A stretch of DNA of 27,438 bases, from positions 1 through 27,438 of the forward strand of contig JAEOTS010000126.1 in assembly GCA_016839745.1 (NCBI GenBank). The letters run 5' to 3'. The stretch comes from Promethearchaeota archaeon (lineage in GTDB: Archaea > Asgardarchaeota > Lokiarchaeia > Sigyniarchaeales > SOKP01). This document shows positions 26,221-27,438 of the stretch, piece by piece (within the stretch, counting starts at the first letter, position 1; every line of letters begins with the position of its first letter). Under the pieces are notes generated by a model, which searched no databases, was not told the origin of the DNA, and was given only the letters and a program-made list of their open reading frames with translations. A program made the position numbers and the translations under genes.

Positions 26221-26315
26221 TAAACTTTAAAAATTAATTATTAACTATAAGGTTTAGTTATTCAGTTTAACATCTATTTTTAACTAAATAATAAAATTAT
26301 TTTAAATGGATAAGT

Positions 26316-26804
26316 CTAATAGACTTCTTCATATGGACCGCTGACAATTCCACCGAGTAATCCACCTATAATTGCCCCTAAAATGGCACTTAAAATTCCT
26401 CCGATTGTCCCGGAAAGTTGAGCTCCTTGAAATAATGCCATTAAATCTTCACCAGAAATGACACTTAATAGCATCCAGATTAAAAAATCAATAATTATTA
26501 CTAGAGAGCTTGCAATAAGACCTCTCTTTAATCCTTTAGAAATTGCACCACTCAAAAAACCAATAAAAATGCTGGCTAGAAGTTGTGGAGCAAAGAAATC
26601 AACTATATTCGGCGTACCCGTGAAAAAGGCTAAAAGATCAAATTTAAAATTTGCTCCTATTTGTAAAACAACCACTTTTAAAGCATCTGTTTGCAAATAA
26701 TTCTGTATTTGGGTAATTATAATTTGCATATTAAAAAAGTACACAGTAAAAAAGCTAAAGATAATTCCAACTATAATGCCAACCACCAATCGATAGGATA
26801 CCAT
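26316..26804 (-). CDS. Membrane protein with a glycine-zipper C-terminal helix
   Basis: About 4 TM segments; GGILSAILGAIIGGLLGG. Confidence 0.8.
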   Translation of the reverse strand: MVSYRLVVGIIVGIIFSFFTVYFFNMQIIITQIQNYLQTDALKVVVLQIGANFKFDLLAFFTGTPNIVDFFAPQLLASIFIGFLSGAISKGLKRGLIASSLVIIIDFLIWMLLSVISGEDLMALFQGAQLSGTIGGILSAILGAIIGGLLGGIVSGPYEEVY

Positions 26805-27010
26805 TTTAAACCACTCGTTTTAGATAAGCTATTTGTATGAAATATCTTATATGAGTTAATTAATAATTTTAATTAATTTGATATATTAAATCTTTAGTTC
26901 TACGAGAATTAGAAGAATTCTTTTAATAAAATATTAAAATTATGACGTTTTCTATCATTTATCAATAATATTATTTTATTTACTAAATCTTTAATTGTAG
27001 GGTATCTACC

Positions 27011-27438
27011 TTGGCTAAAAAAAAGAAAAAAACGGAAACTACTGATAATTCTGAGAAGGAAGAAGAAACAATTTCCAAAGAAGATTTAAGGAAAGATTTC
27101 GAGAGGGAATTCGAAGAAGATTTTGAAGACGAGTTAGATTTAGAAGAAGAACTTGATTTACTCGATACCGAAGATATAGATACTGAAGTTGGAGATATCG
27201 AAAAATTAATCGATAAAGACGAAGAAAAAAAGCAATTATATCTAAGTTGTGGTATCCATATAGGGACAAAATTGTTATCTGGAGATGCTAGAAGATTTAT
27301 TTATAGGCAAACTAATTACGGATTATATGTTATTGATTTAACTCAAACTGATGAACGCCTTATGACTGCTGCTAAATTTCTAAGTAAATATGTAGAGGAA
27401 GGGAGTGATAAGGTAATAGTGTCATCAGTTAGAAGATA
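27011..27438 (+). CDS. rps2: 30S ribosomal protein uS2, 5' part (TTG start, runs off the window end), with a long acidic N-terminal extension
   Basis: Manual translation: [19 protein letters not shown]...[57 protein letters not shown], the archaeal uS2 signature. Not in the ORF track because it is truncated. Confidence 0.94.
   Translation, partial: MAKKKKKTETTDNSEKEEETISKEDLRKDFEREFEEDFEDELDLEEELDLLDTEDIDTEVGDIEKLIDKDEEKKQLYLSCGIHIGTKLLSGDARRFIYRQTNYGLYVIDLTQTDERLMTAAKFLSKYVEEGSDKVIVSSVRR

Noticed and set aside
2204-26700. Antisense or alternate-frame ORFs in the track (e.g. 2204-2536, 5352-5666, 11638-11829, 12730-13020, 14459-14743, 19005-19448, 25157-25480, 26458-26700)
   Set aside because: They lie within well-supported genes and have no recognisable motifs; they are shadow ORFs.
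27039-27269. 76-aa minus-strand ORF
   Set aside because: It is the antisense shadow of the acidic rps2 N-terminus.

Overview
AT-rich archaeal chromosomal window, most likely from an Asgard archaeon (Lokiarchaeia-like; inferred from archaeal ribosomal proteins, longin-like proteins, LITAF-like zinc proteins and a 7-TM protein). It runs from a partial secY through a ribosomal stalk operon (rpl11-rpl1-rpl10-rpl12), tandem FAH-family hydrolases, thiW, an SDR, adk, scattered shikimate/aromatic genes (aroD, aroK, aroE, tyrA), an ABC-exporter/membrane-protein/wHTH operon, tmk, an M28 peptidase, an isopropylmalate/homoaconitate dehydratase pair and an HD protein, to a partial rps2. The main finding is that rpl11 (uL11) is split by a 29-nt insertion (2904-2932) carrying an in-frame stop. 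The insertion folds with its flanks into a bulge-helix-bulge motif, and cutting at the canonical BHB positions restores the frame and the conserved G-I-N-I motif. This makes it a candidate tRNA-endonuclease-spliced mRNA intron in a ribosomal protein gene. Other notable signals are three 17-bp palindromic operators at exactly 50-bp spacing, two genes that seem to need ATT/ATA start codons, a two-site uL10 stalk spine, an unannotated 56-aa zinc-ribbon ORF and a probable pseudogene. All calls come from manual reading; no searches were run.
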